64,000 nt of DNA from an uncultured Enterobacteriaceae bacterium (lineage in GTDB: Bacteria > Myxococcota_A > UBA796 > SXON01), in NCBI GenBank assembly GCA_964457335.1, contig CAYWGD010000023.1:1127-65126 (forward strand), read 5' to 3'. Both the position numbers and the translations under genes were made by a program. This document shows positions 1 to 7,733 of the stretch, in pieces. Numbering within the stretch: the first letter of the stretch is position 1; every line of letters begins with the position of its first letter. The notes under the pieces were generated by a model that did not search any database, was not told the origin of the DNA, and saw only the letters and a list, made by a program, of their open reading frames with translations.

Positions 1-2
1 TC

Positions 3-2900
3 GAGGGCAAGGTCGCGGCGGAGCAGGCCAAGGGCGCCGCCGAGGCCGCGGCCCCCTACGGCGAGGACGCGCTCGCCCCGCAGGCCGAGCCCGAGACGCT
101 CACCGCCGCGGTCGGCGGGGGCGGGGGCGGCGGGGGCGCCGCCGGCGACGTGGCCGACGACGAGGTCGGCGCGATCGTCGCCGAGGAGCGGAACCGGCCT
201 GAGATCGACGCCGCGATGGCGCAGGGCCAGGCCGACATGGGCTCCGCGGAGTCGGACCAGGCCAAGGCCGAGACCGAGGCGCGCGAGCAGGCCAAGACCG
301 AGGTCGACACCGCGGTGGCCGAGAAGACGGCCGAGCAGGAGGGCGAGAAGGCCTCCGCCCAGGCGGACGTCGAGGCCGAGCGCAACAAGTGGACGGACGA
401 GCAGAAGAAGACCGTCGACGACGCCCGCGAGAAGGCCGACGGGCACGCCAAGACCGCGGTCGACGAGGCCGCGAAGCAGAAGGAGACCGCCGACAGCGAA
501 GCGGGCAAGGAGGTCGAGAAGGGCGAGACGGAGGCGGAGGCCGCCAAGGAGAAGGGCGAGAGCGACGCGCGGGCGGAGAAGGAGAAGGCCGAGTCGGAGT
601 CCGACGGGGTGTTCGGGTGGCTCGCGTCGAAGGCCAAGGCGTTCTTCGACGGGATCAAGGCCGGCATCAAGAAGGCGTTCGCGTTCGCCCGGGACATGGC
701 GAAGAAGGCGATCGAGGCGGCCAAGAAGCTCGCGGTCGCGGCCATCGAGAAGGCGCGCGAGGCCGCCATCGCCGCGGTGCGGCTCGCGGGCGACGCCATC
801 ATGGCCGTCGGCGACGTGGCCCTCGCCGCGTTCCCCGAGGCGCGCGAGAAGTTCCGCAGCGCCATCAAGGAGCGCGTCGCCGCCGCCGAGGAGACCATCA
901 ACCAGGCCGCGGACTTCCTGAAGGAGGCCGCCCAGAAGGCGCTCGACTTCCTCGGGGGCGCGCTCGACGCCGCGTTGGGGCTGCTCGAGAAGGCCTACCT
1001 CGCCGCCGTGGACGCCGTCGCCTCCGCGGTCGACGGCGCCATCAAGGCCGCCAAGGCCGCCGCCGAGGCCCTCGGCGGCTTCATGGCGCTCATCAAGGAC
1101 GTGGCGTCCGACCCCGGCGGCTGGATCGGCAAGCTCGGCGCCGCCGTGGTGGACGGCATCAAGAACCACCTCTGGACGGCCTTCAAGACCGCCGTGAAGG
1201 AGTGGTTCGACCAGAAGCTCGAGGAGGTGCTGGGGCTCGGCACCGCCATCTGGGAGTTCCTGTTCAAGGGCGGCATCAAGCTCGCGGATGTCGCCAAGAT
1301 GGCGTGGCAGGCGCTCATCAGCGCCATCCCCGGCGTGCTCATCGGCATCCTCATCGAGAAGCTCGTCGCGATGATCGTGCCGGCCGCCGGCGCCGTCATG
1401 GTCATCATCGAGGGGCTCCAGGCCGCGTGGGGCACCGTGAGCCGCATCCTCGCGGCCATCGGCAAGTTCATCGCCTTCCTCAAGGCCGTGAAGGGCGGCG
1501 GCGGCGCCCCCGCCTTCGCCACCGCCGTGGCCGCCGGCGCCATCGCGGTCATCGACTTCGTCGCCAACTGGTTGCTCGCCAAGCTCCGCAAGCCCGCCGG
1601 CAAGGTCGCCGGCAAGCTCCGCGCCATGGCCAACAAGATCATGGCCAAGATCAAGAAGGCCCTGAAGAAGGTCGCCAAGGCGCTGAAGAAGGCCGGGAAG
1701 AAGATCAAGGGCCTCTTCAAGAAGAAGGGGGGGAAGAAGGGGAAGAAGGGGAAGGAGAAGGACAAGCGCGCGAAGGATCAGGAGCGGTTGGACAAGGCGC
1801 AGCGGGAACTGACTCCGAAGATAAAATCGATGTTGGACAAGGGTGTGCGCGGAGTCGTACTGAAGGCTCGATTGCTCGCCTGGCGGGTGCAGTACCGCCT
1901 GTCGGCCCTGGAGGTCACCGGCGGAAAGTCGTTCCGAATTCGTGCCAAGGTGAATCCAACAGCGGAGCTGATTTCCGGCGTCGAGATGGATGTCGATGAA
2001 CTGCTGATCTTTGTGCGCGAGGTGGCGGCGAAGATGGCTAGCAGCGATCGGGTCAAGCGCGAATCCGCTGCGATCGCGGGTTCCGACCGTGGCAAGGAGC
2101 TTCCGTCCCCCGTAAAGAAGGGCGAGGACCCGCGGATGGGTCGCCAAGTGGACATCCCCGCTGGCACCAGCCATATTGGTGCCGCAGAAGGATTGAACGC
2201 CACCGGAGCGCTAGAGCGAGGCAAGGTCCGGGACGTCAATGCACTGACGCCCGGAGGAGAAATCAGCGCGGTCGCCCGGATCCAGCAGCCGCCGTTCGCA
2301 CCGTTGCCCGCGCGGCATTCAACTGCGGTGGTGAAAGAACCAAGCTCGGAAGGCGTGGGCTTCGAAAAAGGCGCGTACGCGGAGATTACCAAGCGACTCG
2401 GTCCGGGGTTCCCGGAGCACAAGCGCGGCCCCCTCACCGCGCAGGCCTTGGACACGTTCGCGCGCACAGGCAAGGCTCCGGCCGGGTTCTCCGAGGCACA
2501 ACTCCACGCGTTGCGCGTGACCATGTTCGGCGCGGAACGGAGCCGAAGTGCCGCGGCCAACGTCTGGGGCCAGATGTCAATCGACCTGATGAAAGCAGGG
2601 GCTAGCCCGGAGGACATCCTCGGAAAGGATGAGACCGGAGGCAAGCACCCGCTGTCGCCGAGGGGTGTCGGTGAGGACAAACGTGAACTCGAGGATCGCC
2701 TTGCACGAGTCAAGAGCGGAGAAGCCGGGGGAGAACCGACGGCCGGTGAGAAGCGGCAAATGGATCGGGAGGTAGCCATGATTACAGCTTGGCTCAAGTC
2801 GTTGAAGGACCTGTCTTTCGACGACAAGGCATCCATGGAAGAAAAGAAAAATCACATAAAGGCTGAAATCGAGCGTAGGATGATGGACTCTGTGAAGTGA
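3..2900 (+). CDS. Large polymorphic-toxin-like protein, 5' partial (coiled-coil/amphipathic core, hydrophobic segment, poly-Lys linker, variable C-terminal domain)
   Basis: The frame is open from the left window edge with no stop before the GTG at 150, so the gene starts upstream. The translation shows an Ala/Glu/Lys-rich coiled-coil-like stretch and hydrophobic segments ([46 protein letters not shown]). [17 protein letters not shown] linker follows, then a non-repetitive roughly 370-aa C-terminus encoded in visibly lower-GC DNA. The layout recalls DUF4157-type/eCIS-associated polymorphic toxins (from memory, not searched). Confidence 0.75.
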   Translation, partial: EGKVAAEQAKGAAEAAAPYGEDALAPQAEPETLTAAVGGGGGGGGAAGDVADDEVGAIVAEERNRPEIDAAMAQGQADMGSAESDQAKAETEAREQAKTEVDTAVAEKTAEQEGEKASAQADVEAERNKWTDEQKKTVDDAREKADGHAKTAVDEAAKQKETADSEAGKEVEKGETEAEAAKEKGESDARAEKEKAESESDGVFGWLASKAKAFFDGIKAGIKKAFAFARDMAKKAIEAAKKLAVAAIEKAREAAIAAVRLAGDAIMAVGDVALAAFPEAREKFRSAIKERVAAAEETINQAADFLKEAAQKALDFLGGALDAALGLLEKAYLAAVDAVASAVDGAIKAAKAAAEALGGFMALIKDVASDPGGWIGKLGAAVVDGIKNHLWTAFKTAVKEWFDQKLEEVLGLGTAIWEFLFKGGIKLADVAKMAWQALISAIPGVLIGILIEKLVAMIVPAAGAVMVIIEGLQAAWGTVSRILAAIGKFIAFLKAVKGGGGAPAFATAVAAGAIAVIDFVANWLLAKLRKPAGKVAGKLRAMANKIMAKIKKALKKVAKALKKAGKKIKGLFKKKGGKKGKKGKEKDKRAKDQERLDKAQRELTPKIKSMLDKGVRGVVLKARLLAWRVQYRLSALEVTGGKSFRIRAKVNPTAELISGVEMDVDELLIFVREVAAKMASSDRVKRESAAIAGSDRGKELPSPVKKGEDPRMGRQVDIPAGTSHIGAAEGLNATGALERGKVRDVNALTPGGEISAVARIQQPPFAPLPARHSTAVVKEPSSEGVGFEKGAYAEITKRLGPGFPEHKRGPLTAQALDTFARTGKAPAGFSEAQLHALRVTMFGAERSRSAAANVWGQMSIDLMKAGASPEDILGKDETGGKHPLSPRGVGEDKRELEDRLARVKSGEAGGEPTAGEKRQMDREVAMITAWLKSLKDLSFDDKASMEEKKNHIKAEIERRMMDSVK
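511..919 (+). repeat. Direct repeat copy A (409 bp) inside the toxin gene
   Basis: Aligns with 3928-4336 at a constant offset of 3417 nt. Only two mismatches were seen: 521 g vs 3938 t, and one codon aag vs cag (K vs Q, F vs C on the antisense track ORFs). The encoded peptides are otherwise identical (…[21 protein letters not shown]…INQAADFL). Confidence 0.9.
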
Positions 2901-2901
2901 G

Positions 2902-3495
2902 GTGGCGGTGAGCAAGCGAGGCGTGCGGTTGATCCCTCGGGTCGAGGTTCCGGTGGAGCGGCTGATCGACATCTCCCTGGAGCGCGGCTGGCAGCTTGAG
3001 AAGGCCATCGGCCGGGCGCCGAACGAAGGGATCTCCGGCGAGTTGGAGTACACGATTCCTGGCTCCGATACGATCGTGTACCTGCGGGATGACCTGCTCC
3101 TGGGGTTCCCGTTCATCACGGTGATCGGCCCTGACCAGGCGAACGTGGCAGCGGACCTCTCGCGAGACTTCGATCCGTGGCCTGAGCCCGATCTGTTGGC
3201 TTGGTGGGACCGGGCAGAAGGCTCGGGCGACATCGACGACAAGGTGGACGCCGTGCTCTACCTCGGAACGAACGCCGGAGAATCGGTTGATGAACGGTAC
3301 ATGACGCGGATCGAGAAAGCGCTGAGCGATCCAGACAAGGACGTGCGCAACGCAGCGGTCGTGGCGGCCGCCTACACCGACTGGCGCGTGTTTCGCGATC
3401 GTCTTGCCGAGATTGCGCAAAAAGATCTGGATCCAAAGGCCCGGGAACGCGCGGAGCATGTGGTGCGCGGGTGGAGAACCGAGGATGGGGGCTGA
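2902..3495 (+). CDS. Putative cognate immunity protein (N-terminal alpha/beta-like region + C-terminal HEAT-like repeats)
   Basis: GTG start 1 nt after the toxin stop (tga 2898-2900), preceded by gaggtgg. Alternative GTG at 2908. C-terminus has a HEAT/PBS-lyase-like motif (LSDPDKDVRNAAVVAAAY…LDPKARERAEHVV). It shares the lower-GC composition of the toxin C-terminal region. The immunity role is inferred from position only. Confidence 0.6.
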   Translation: MAVSKRGVRLIPRVEVPVERLIDISLERGWQLEKAIGRAPNEGISGELEYTIPGSDTIVYLRDDLLLGFPFITVIGPDQANVAADLSRDFDPWPEPDLLAWWDRAEGSGDIDDKVDAVLYLGTNAGESVDERYMTRIEKALSDPDKDVRNAAVVAAAYTDWRVFRDRLAEIAQKDLDPKARERAEHVVRGWRTEDGG

Positions 3496-3677
3496 CCGCG
3501 CCCTTCAGAAGGATTTGGGCCACGCAAAATCCGCCCCGGGCGGCCCGATCACCGTTTGATCCAACGTTTAACCGGACTGGGCGACTCCGTGACACGCGGA
3601 AGCCAACGCTGAGCAAACGTGCGAGCGGACAGCTGGGTGCACGCATGGCGACGGCACAGCCGATAGTCCACCACCCG

Positions 3678-3922
3678 CGCGAGGGGGGCTGGAGGGCGGC
3701 GCGGGCTCCCAAACATGACAGGCCGAAGGCCACATCGAGATCCAACGCCCGCGCCGGTCGGCCCGCGCGCAGCGGGCCGACCGAGGCCCTTCGGGCCGCT
3801 CCACCGCAGGCGGGGGGCGAAAGGGCTCGCTCGTGCGCAAGCCGAGCGAGACATCGTACGGCCCGGAAGACACCCGACCCGGCGTCTTCGCCGGGGGCGC
3901 GCCCAACTGAAGCCCTGACACC
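3678..3922 (+). repeat. Structured intergenic repeat element, copy 1 (with a roughly 60-nt internal insertion)
   Basis: Starts cgcgaggggggctggagggcggcgcggg and ends gcgcccaactgaagccctgacacc. Contains hairpin ggtcggcccgc-gcgca-gcgggccgacc and a second GC hairpin (cgacccggcg-tctt-cgccgggggcg). Collinear with copy 2 apart from an extra segment gctccaccgcaggcgggggg…catcgtacggc. Confidence 0.85.
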
Positions 3923-3927
3923 TGCGT

Positions 3928-4336
3928 AGGTCGAGAATGGCGAGACGGAGGCGGAGGCCGCCAAGGAGCAGGGCGAGAGCGACGCGCGGGCGGAGAAGGA
4001 GAAGGCCGAGTCGGAGTCCGACGGGGTGTTCGGGTGGCTCGCGTCGAAGGCCAAGGCGTTCTTCGACGGGATCAAGGCCGGCATCAAGAAGGCGTTCGCG
4101 TTCGCCCGGGACATGGCGAAGAAGGCGATCGAGGCGGCCAAGAAGCTCGCGGTCGCGGCCATCGAGAAGGCGCGCGAGGCCGCCATCGCCGCGGTGCGGC
4201 TCGCGGGCGACGCCATCATGGCCGTCGGCGACGTGGCCCTCGCCGCGTTCCCCGAGGCGCGCGAGAAGTTCCGCAGCGCCATCAAGGAGCGCGTCGCCGC
4301 CGCCGAGGAGACCATCAACCAGGCCGCGGACTTCCT
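3928..4336 (+). pseudogene. Orphan fragment of the toxin gene (direct repeat copy B)
   Basis: Near-identical to 511-919. It lacks the upstream and downstream parts of the toxin gene. A TAG lies immediately upstream in frame (3927-3929). At 4337 the homology stops abruptly and glycosylase-like sequence begins. Confidence 0.85.
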
Positions 4337-4337
4337 C

Positions 4338-4603
4338 AACGGCGCACCGCCCTCCGCGCCCGTCGGTCCGTGGACCGCCTGCTACGTCGCCATGCGCGCC
4401 GGTCGCGACCCCGACGCCTTCCTGGGCGGCGACACAACCTCCTGCGGAGGGCCGCCGACGCCGCGGGCGGGCGCCCGCCCCCCGCCGCGCTCCTCGCCCG
4501 CGCCGAGCCCTGGCGGCCGTACCGGGCCTACGCGGCCCAGCACCGGTGGGCGACGGACGCATCTCGATTCGAGAGCACGCAGCGGAGCGTCCCTCCGCGC
4601 TGA
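4338..4603 (+). pseudogene. 3' remnant of an AlkA-type (HhH-GPD) DNA glycosylase, 5'-truncated and frameshifted
   Basis: One frame reads VGPWTACYVAMRAGRDPDAFLGGD. From about 4430 a second frame reads NLLRRAADAAGG…LLARAEPWRPYRAYAAQHRWATD, ending at tga 4601-4603. Together these resemble the C-terminal part of AlkA-like proteins (E. coli AlkA has …GRWTANYFALRGW…ERWKPWRSYALLHIW, recalled from memory). No N-terminal part is present. Confidence 0.65.
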
Positions 4604-4653
4604 CGCCGGTACTTGCGGGTTCGTGAGGGCAGAACGCCCCACGGGAGGTACCG

Positions 4654-5418
4654 ATGAGGAAGCAACGACTCGAAGGCAAGGTGGCGATCGTGACGGGCGC
4701 GAGCTCGGGGATCGGGCGGGCGACGGCGGTCGCGATGGCGCGGGAAGGCGCGCGGGTGGTGGCCGCGGGCCGCCGCGCGGGCGAGCTCGAGGCGACCGTG
4801 CGCCTGGCCGAGGAGGCCGGGGGCGAGGCGATCGCCTGCGTCACCGACGTCACGGACGAGGCGCAGGTCGAGGCGCTCGTGGCGCGCGCGATGGCGCGCT
4901 ACGGGCGCGTGGACATCGGCGTGAACGCGGCCGGCGCCACGTTCGCGGGGGCGCTCACGCACGACCTCGACGTGTCCGCCTTCCGCGACTGGCTCGACGG
5001 CCACCTCGTGAGCGCGTTCCTGTGCACGAAGCACCAGGTCCGCGCGATGCTCGAGTCCGGCGGCGGCAGCGTGGTGCAGATCGGCACGTTCGTCGGCGAC
5101 ACCAAGGCGTTCCCGGGCACCGCCGGCTACGCCGCGGCGAAGACGGGCCTCCTCGGGCTCACCCGGACCGTCGCGGCCGAGTACGCGACGCGCGGCATCC
5201 GCGCCAACGTGCTCTCGCTCGGCGGGGTCGACACGCCGATGTTCCGCCTCTGGAACGACGACGCGGCCAGGCGCGAGGGCGCCGCGCAGCTGCACGCGAT
5301 GAAGCGCGTCGGCGCCCCGGACGAGATCGCGAACGCCGCGATCTTCCTCGCGAGCGACGAGGCCTCGTTCGTCACCGGCGGCGTCGTCGCGGTGGACGGG
5401 GGCGTGTCCCTGACCTGA
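4654..5418 (+). CDS. Short-chain dehydrogenase/reductase (classical SDR)
   Basis: GGAGG RBS before the ATG. TGASSGIG cofactor motif and YAAAK catalytic motif. 254 aa. Confidence 0.9.
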   Translation: MRKQRLEGKVAIVTGASSGIGRATAVAMAREGARVVAAGRRAGELEATVRLAEEAGGEAIACVTDVTDEAQVEALVARAMARYGRVDIGVNAAGATFAGALTHDLDVSAFRDWLDGHLVSAFLCTKHQVRAMLESGGGSVVQIGTFVGDTKAFPGTAGYAAAKTGLLGLTRTVAAEYATRGIRANVLSLGGVDTPMFRLWNDDAARREGAAQLHAMKRVGAPDEIANAAIFLASDEASFVTGGVVAVDGGVSLT

Positions 5419-5428
5419 TCGTCGGACG

Positions 5429-5616
5429 CGCGAGGGGGGCTGGAGGGCGGCGCGGGCATCCAAATGTGACAGGCCGAGGGCCGCGCCACGATCCAACGCC
5501 CGCGCCGGTCGGCCCGCGCGCAGCGGGCCGACCGAGGCCCCTCGGGCCGAGACCGGAAGACACCCGACCCCGGCGTCTTCGCCGGGGTCGCGCCCAACTG
5601 AATCCCTGACACACCA
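5429..5616 (+). repeat. Structured intergenic repeat element, copy 2
   Basis: Same start and end blocks as copy 1. Hairpins ggtcggcccgc-gcgca-gcgggccgacc and cgaccccggcg-tctt-cgccggggtcg. Confidence 0.85.
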
Positions 5617-5631
5617 ACCGGGAAGGCGCCC

Positions 5632-5937
5632 CTACCCCTCCTCCTCCGCCAACGGCCCCTCGGCCTGCCCCTTCTCGTAGTCTCGCTCGGCCTTCCGGAC
5701 GGTCTCCTCCTTCGCCTCGCCGGGCTCCGGCGGAGGCAGGTCCGCGCCCGCGCGGCGCGCCTTGGAGAGGCCGATGGCGATGGCCTGGGCCCGGCTCTTG
5801 ATGTCCGGGTCCCCCTCCTTGAACTTCTCCATCTCCTCGCGCACGAACTCGCCCGCCTGCGTCGAGGGCGACTTGCCCGCCGCCTTGTCGGCCCGGGCGC
5901 GGTCGAGGGTCTCCTTCTTCGGCACGTGCCACCCCAC
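5632..5937 (-). CDS. Small conserved hypothetical protein
   Basis: 101 aa. The motif GKSPSTQAGEFVREE…AQAIAIGLSKARRAG resembles a widespread small-protein family that I recall as DUF6496-type (unverified). Confidence 0.6.
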   Translation of the reverse strand: MGWHVPKKETLDRARADKAAGKSPSTQAGEFVREEMEKFKEGDPDIKSRAQAIAIGLSKARRAGADLPPPEPGEAKEETVRKAERDYEKGQAEGPLAEEEG

Positions 5938-5962
5938 GCGACCAACATAGGCACCCGAATGT

Positions 5963-6952
5963 TCAGCGTCGGAGCAGCTCCGCCTCGCGCTCCCGGGTGA
6001 GCGTCCGCGGCCGGTAGCGGCCGTCCGACTGCCTCGGCGGGTCGCCGGTCAGGGTGCGCGCCCACGCCAGCGTGTCCACCGCGGTCTCGCCGAGCGGCCG
6101 CAGGCGGAGGCCCGCGGCGAGCGCGCGGGCGTTGGGCGTGCGCAGCATGCCCGGGGCGTGGGGCGCCCACAGGGGGAGCTCGCTCCAGGGCTCGACGCCG
6201 GTGAGCCGGGCCGGGTCCGTCCAGACGAAGCGAGCGTCGCCGCCCACCGCCGCGCGGATCGCCGCGAGCGCGTCGCCGAAGGTCGTCTCGGGCCCGACCG
6301 CGTTGAAGACGCCGCCCGGGCCGCGCTCCGCGAGGTGCACGATCCACGCCGCCAGGTCGCGCGCGTCGATGACCTGTACGGGTCCGTCGGCCGGCGCGGG
6401 CGCGAGCACGTCGCCGCCCTCGGCCACGCGCACGGGCCAGTAGGTGAACCGCCCCGTGGGGTCGTGGGGGCCGCCGATGAGGCCCGGGCGCACGATGGTG
6501 GCACGTTCGTCGAGCACGCCGGCCACCACGCGCTCGCACGCCGCCTTGAGCGCGCCGTAGTGGGCGGCCACGTCCTCGGAGTGGGGGTCGGGCAGCGCGG
6601 GCGCGTCCTCGTCGTTGGGCCGCGAGAGGTCGGCGTACACCGACACGGACGACACGAACACGTAGCGCTGGCACGAGAGCGCGACGGACTGCGCGACGAC
6701 CCGCGGCACGAAGCCGCACGTGTCCACGATGGCGCCCCAGCGCCGCCCGGCGAGCACGTCGAGGCCGCCGTCGCGGTCGGCATGGACGCGCTCGAGGTCG
6801 GGAAACAAGTCGGGTTGGGTGAGCCCGCGCGTGAGCACGGTGACCGCGTGGCCGGCGGCGCGCGCCGCTTCGACGACGTGGCGCCCGAGGAAGACCGTGC
6901 CGCCGAGGACGAGGATGTTCACGCTCTCGACGTAGCCCGTGCCCGGCCTCAT
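5963..6952 (-). CDS. NAD(P)-dependent epimerase/dehydratase-like (atypical SDR) protein
   Basis: N-terminal ILVLGGTVFLGRH Rossmann motif. The true start may be the GTG at 6922 (VNILVLGG). Confidence 0.8.
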   Translation of the reverse strand: MRPGTGYVESVNILVLGGTVFLGRHVVEAARAAGHAVTVLTRGLTQPDLFPDLERVHADRDGGLDVLAGRRWGAIVDTCGFVPRVVAQSVALSCQRYVFVSSVSVYADLSRPNDEDAPALPDPHSEDVAAHYGALKAACERVVAGVLDERATIVRPGLIGGPHDPTGRFTYWPVRVAEGGDVLAPAPADGPVQVIDARDLAAWIVHLAERGPGGVFNAVGPETTFGDALAAIRAAVGGDARFVWTDPARLTGVEPWSELPLWAPHAPGMLRTPNARALAAGLRLRPLGETAVDTLAWARTLTGDPPRQSDGRYRPRTLTREREAELLRR

Positions 6953-6967
6953 CGCCGGTCCGCCGCG

Positions 6968-7351
6968 TCAGTGCGGCCCGCTCACGCCGACCTCGCGCTC
7001 CCGGAGGAGGTCGCGGATCTCGCCCAGGAGCGCGACCTCCTGGGGCGGGGCCTCGACCGCGGCCGCCTGCTTCCGGCGGAAGAACCGCATGAAGGGCAGC
7101 ACGATGAGGTAGTACAGGCCCGCCGCCTTCAAGACGAACGCGAGGATCGCGTTCAGGAAGCTCCCCAGCTTCACGGGCCCGACCGTGATCGCCGCGAAGT
7201 CGGGCGCCCCGCCGACGAGCCCGATCAGGGGGGTGATCACGTCCGCGACGAGCGAGTCGACCACGCTCGAGAAGGCGGCGCCGATGATGACGCCCACCGC
7301 GAGGTCGATCACGTTGCCGCGCAGGATGAAGTCCCGGAATCCCTTGAGCAT
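6968..7351 (-). CDS. mscL: Large-conductance mechanosensitive channel
   Basis: MLKGFRDFILRGNVIDLAVGVIIGAAF… is the canonical MscL N-terminus. 127 aa. Confidence 0.95.
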   Translation of the reverse strand: MLKGFRDFILRGNVIDLAVGVIIGAAFSSVVDSLVADVITPLIGLVGGAPDFAAITVGPVKLGSFLNAILAFVLKAAGLYYLIVLPFMRFFRRKQAAAVEAPPQEVALLGEIRDLLREREVGVSGPH

Positions 7352-7421
7352 GCCCCCCCCCTGGACCCGGAGTAGCCACGCGCCCCTGCCGCGTGCCTAC
7401 CCTCCTGGGAGGGAGGTGGGG

Positions 7422-7721
7422 ATGCGCGCCGTGTACCGCGTGGTGCCGGATGGGGACCGTTGGGCGATCCAGCTCGAGGGGCGGGGCACGCCGCTCTCGC
7501 TGCACGACCGCAAGAACGAGGCCGTCAAGGTGGCCCGCGACCAGGCGGAGCGCGACATGCCGAGCCGCCTCGTCATCGTGAACGGGCACGGCGACGTGGA
7601 GAGCGACCGCCTCTACGGCACCGACCAGCTCGAAGCGGACGTGCGGGGGATGCGGTCGATGGAGGAGCCCCTGCCCGAGGGGCTCGAGCCCATGCCCGAG
7701 ATGGAGGAGGAGCCGACCTGA
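7422..7721 (+). CDS. DUF2188-like small protein
   Basis: ATG at 7422 preceded by gggaggtgggg. YRVVPDGDRWAIQLEG…HDRKNEAVKVARDQA is the typical DUF2188 pattern. The upstream part of track ORF 7185.. is antisense to mscL and is discarded. Confidence 0.7.
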   Translation: MRAVYRVVPDGDRWAIQLEGRGTPLSLHDRKNEAVKVARDQAERDMPSRLVIVNGHGDVESDRLYGTDQLEADVRGMRSMEEPLPEGLEPMPEMEEEPT

Positions 7722-7733
7722 CGCGCGGATCCG

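Noticed and set aside
511-4336. Diversity-generating retroelement (template/variable repeat) explanation for the 409-bp repeat pair
   Set aside because: No reverse transcriptase is present in the window. Only two mismatches were seen, and they are not adenine-specific (g/t and a/c).
4026-5609. 527-aa ORF running from the toxin fragment through the SDR gene
   Set aside because: It is a chimera of the orphan toxin fragment, one frame of the glycosylase remnant, and an out-of-frame reading of the SDR gene and repeat element.
3678-5616. Intergenic repeat copies as a MITE or IS remnant
   Set aside because: No terminal inverted repeats, target-site duplications or transposase-like coding were seen. 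It is kept as a structured repeat of unknown nature instead.
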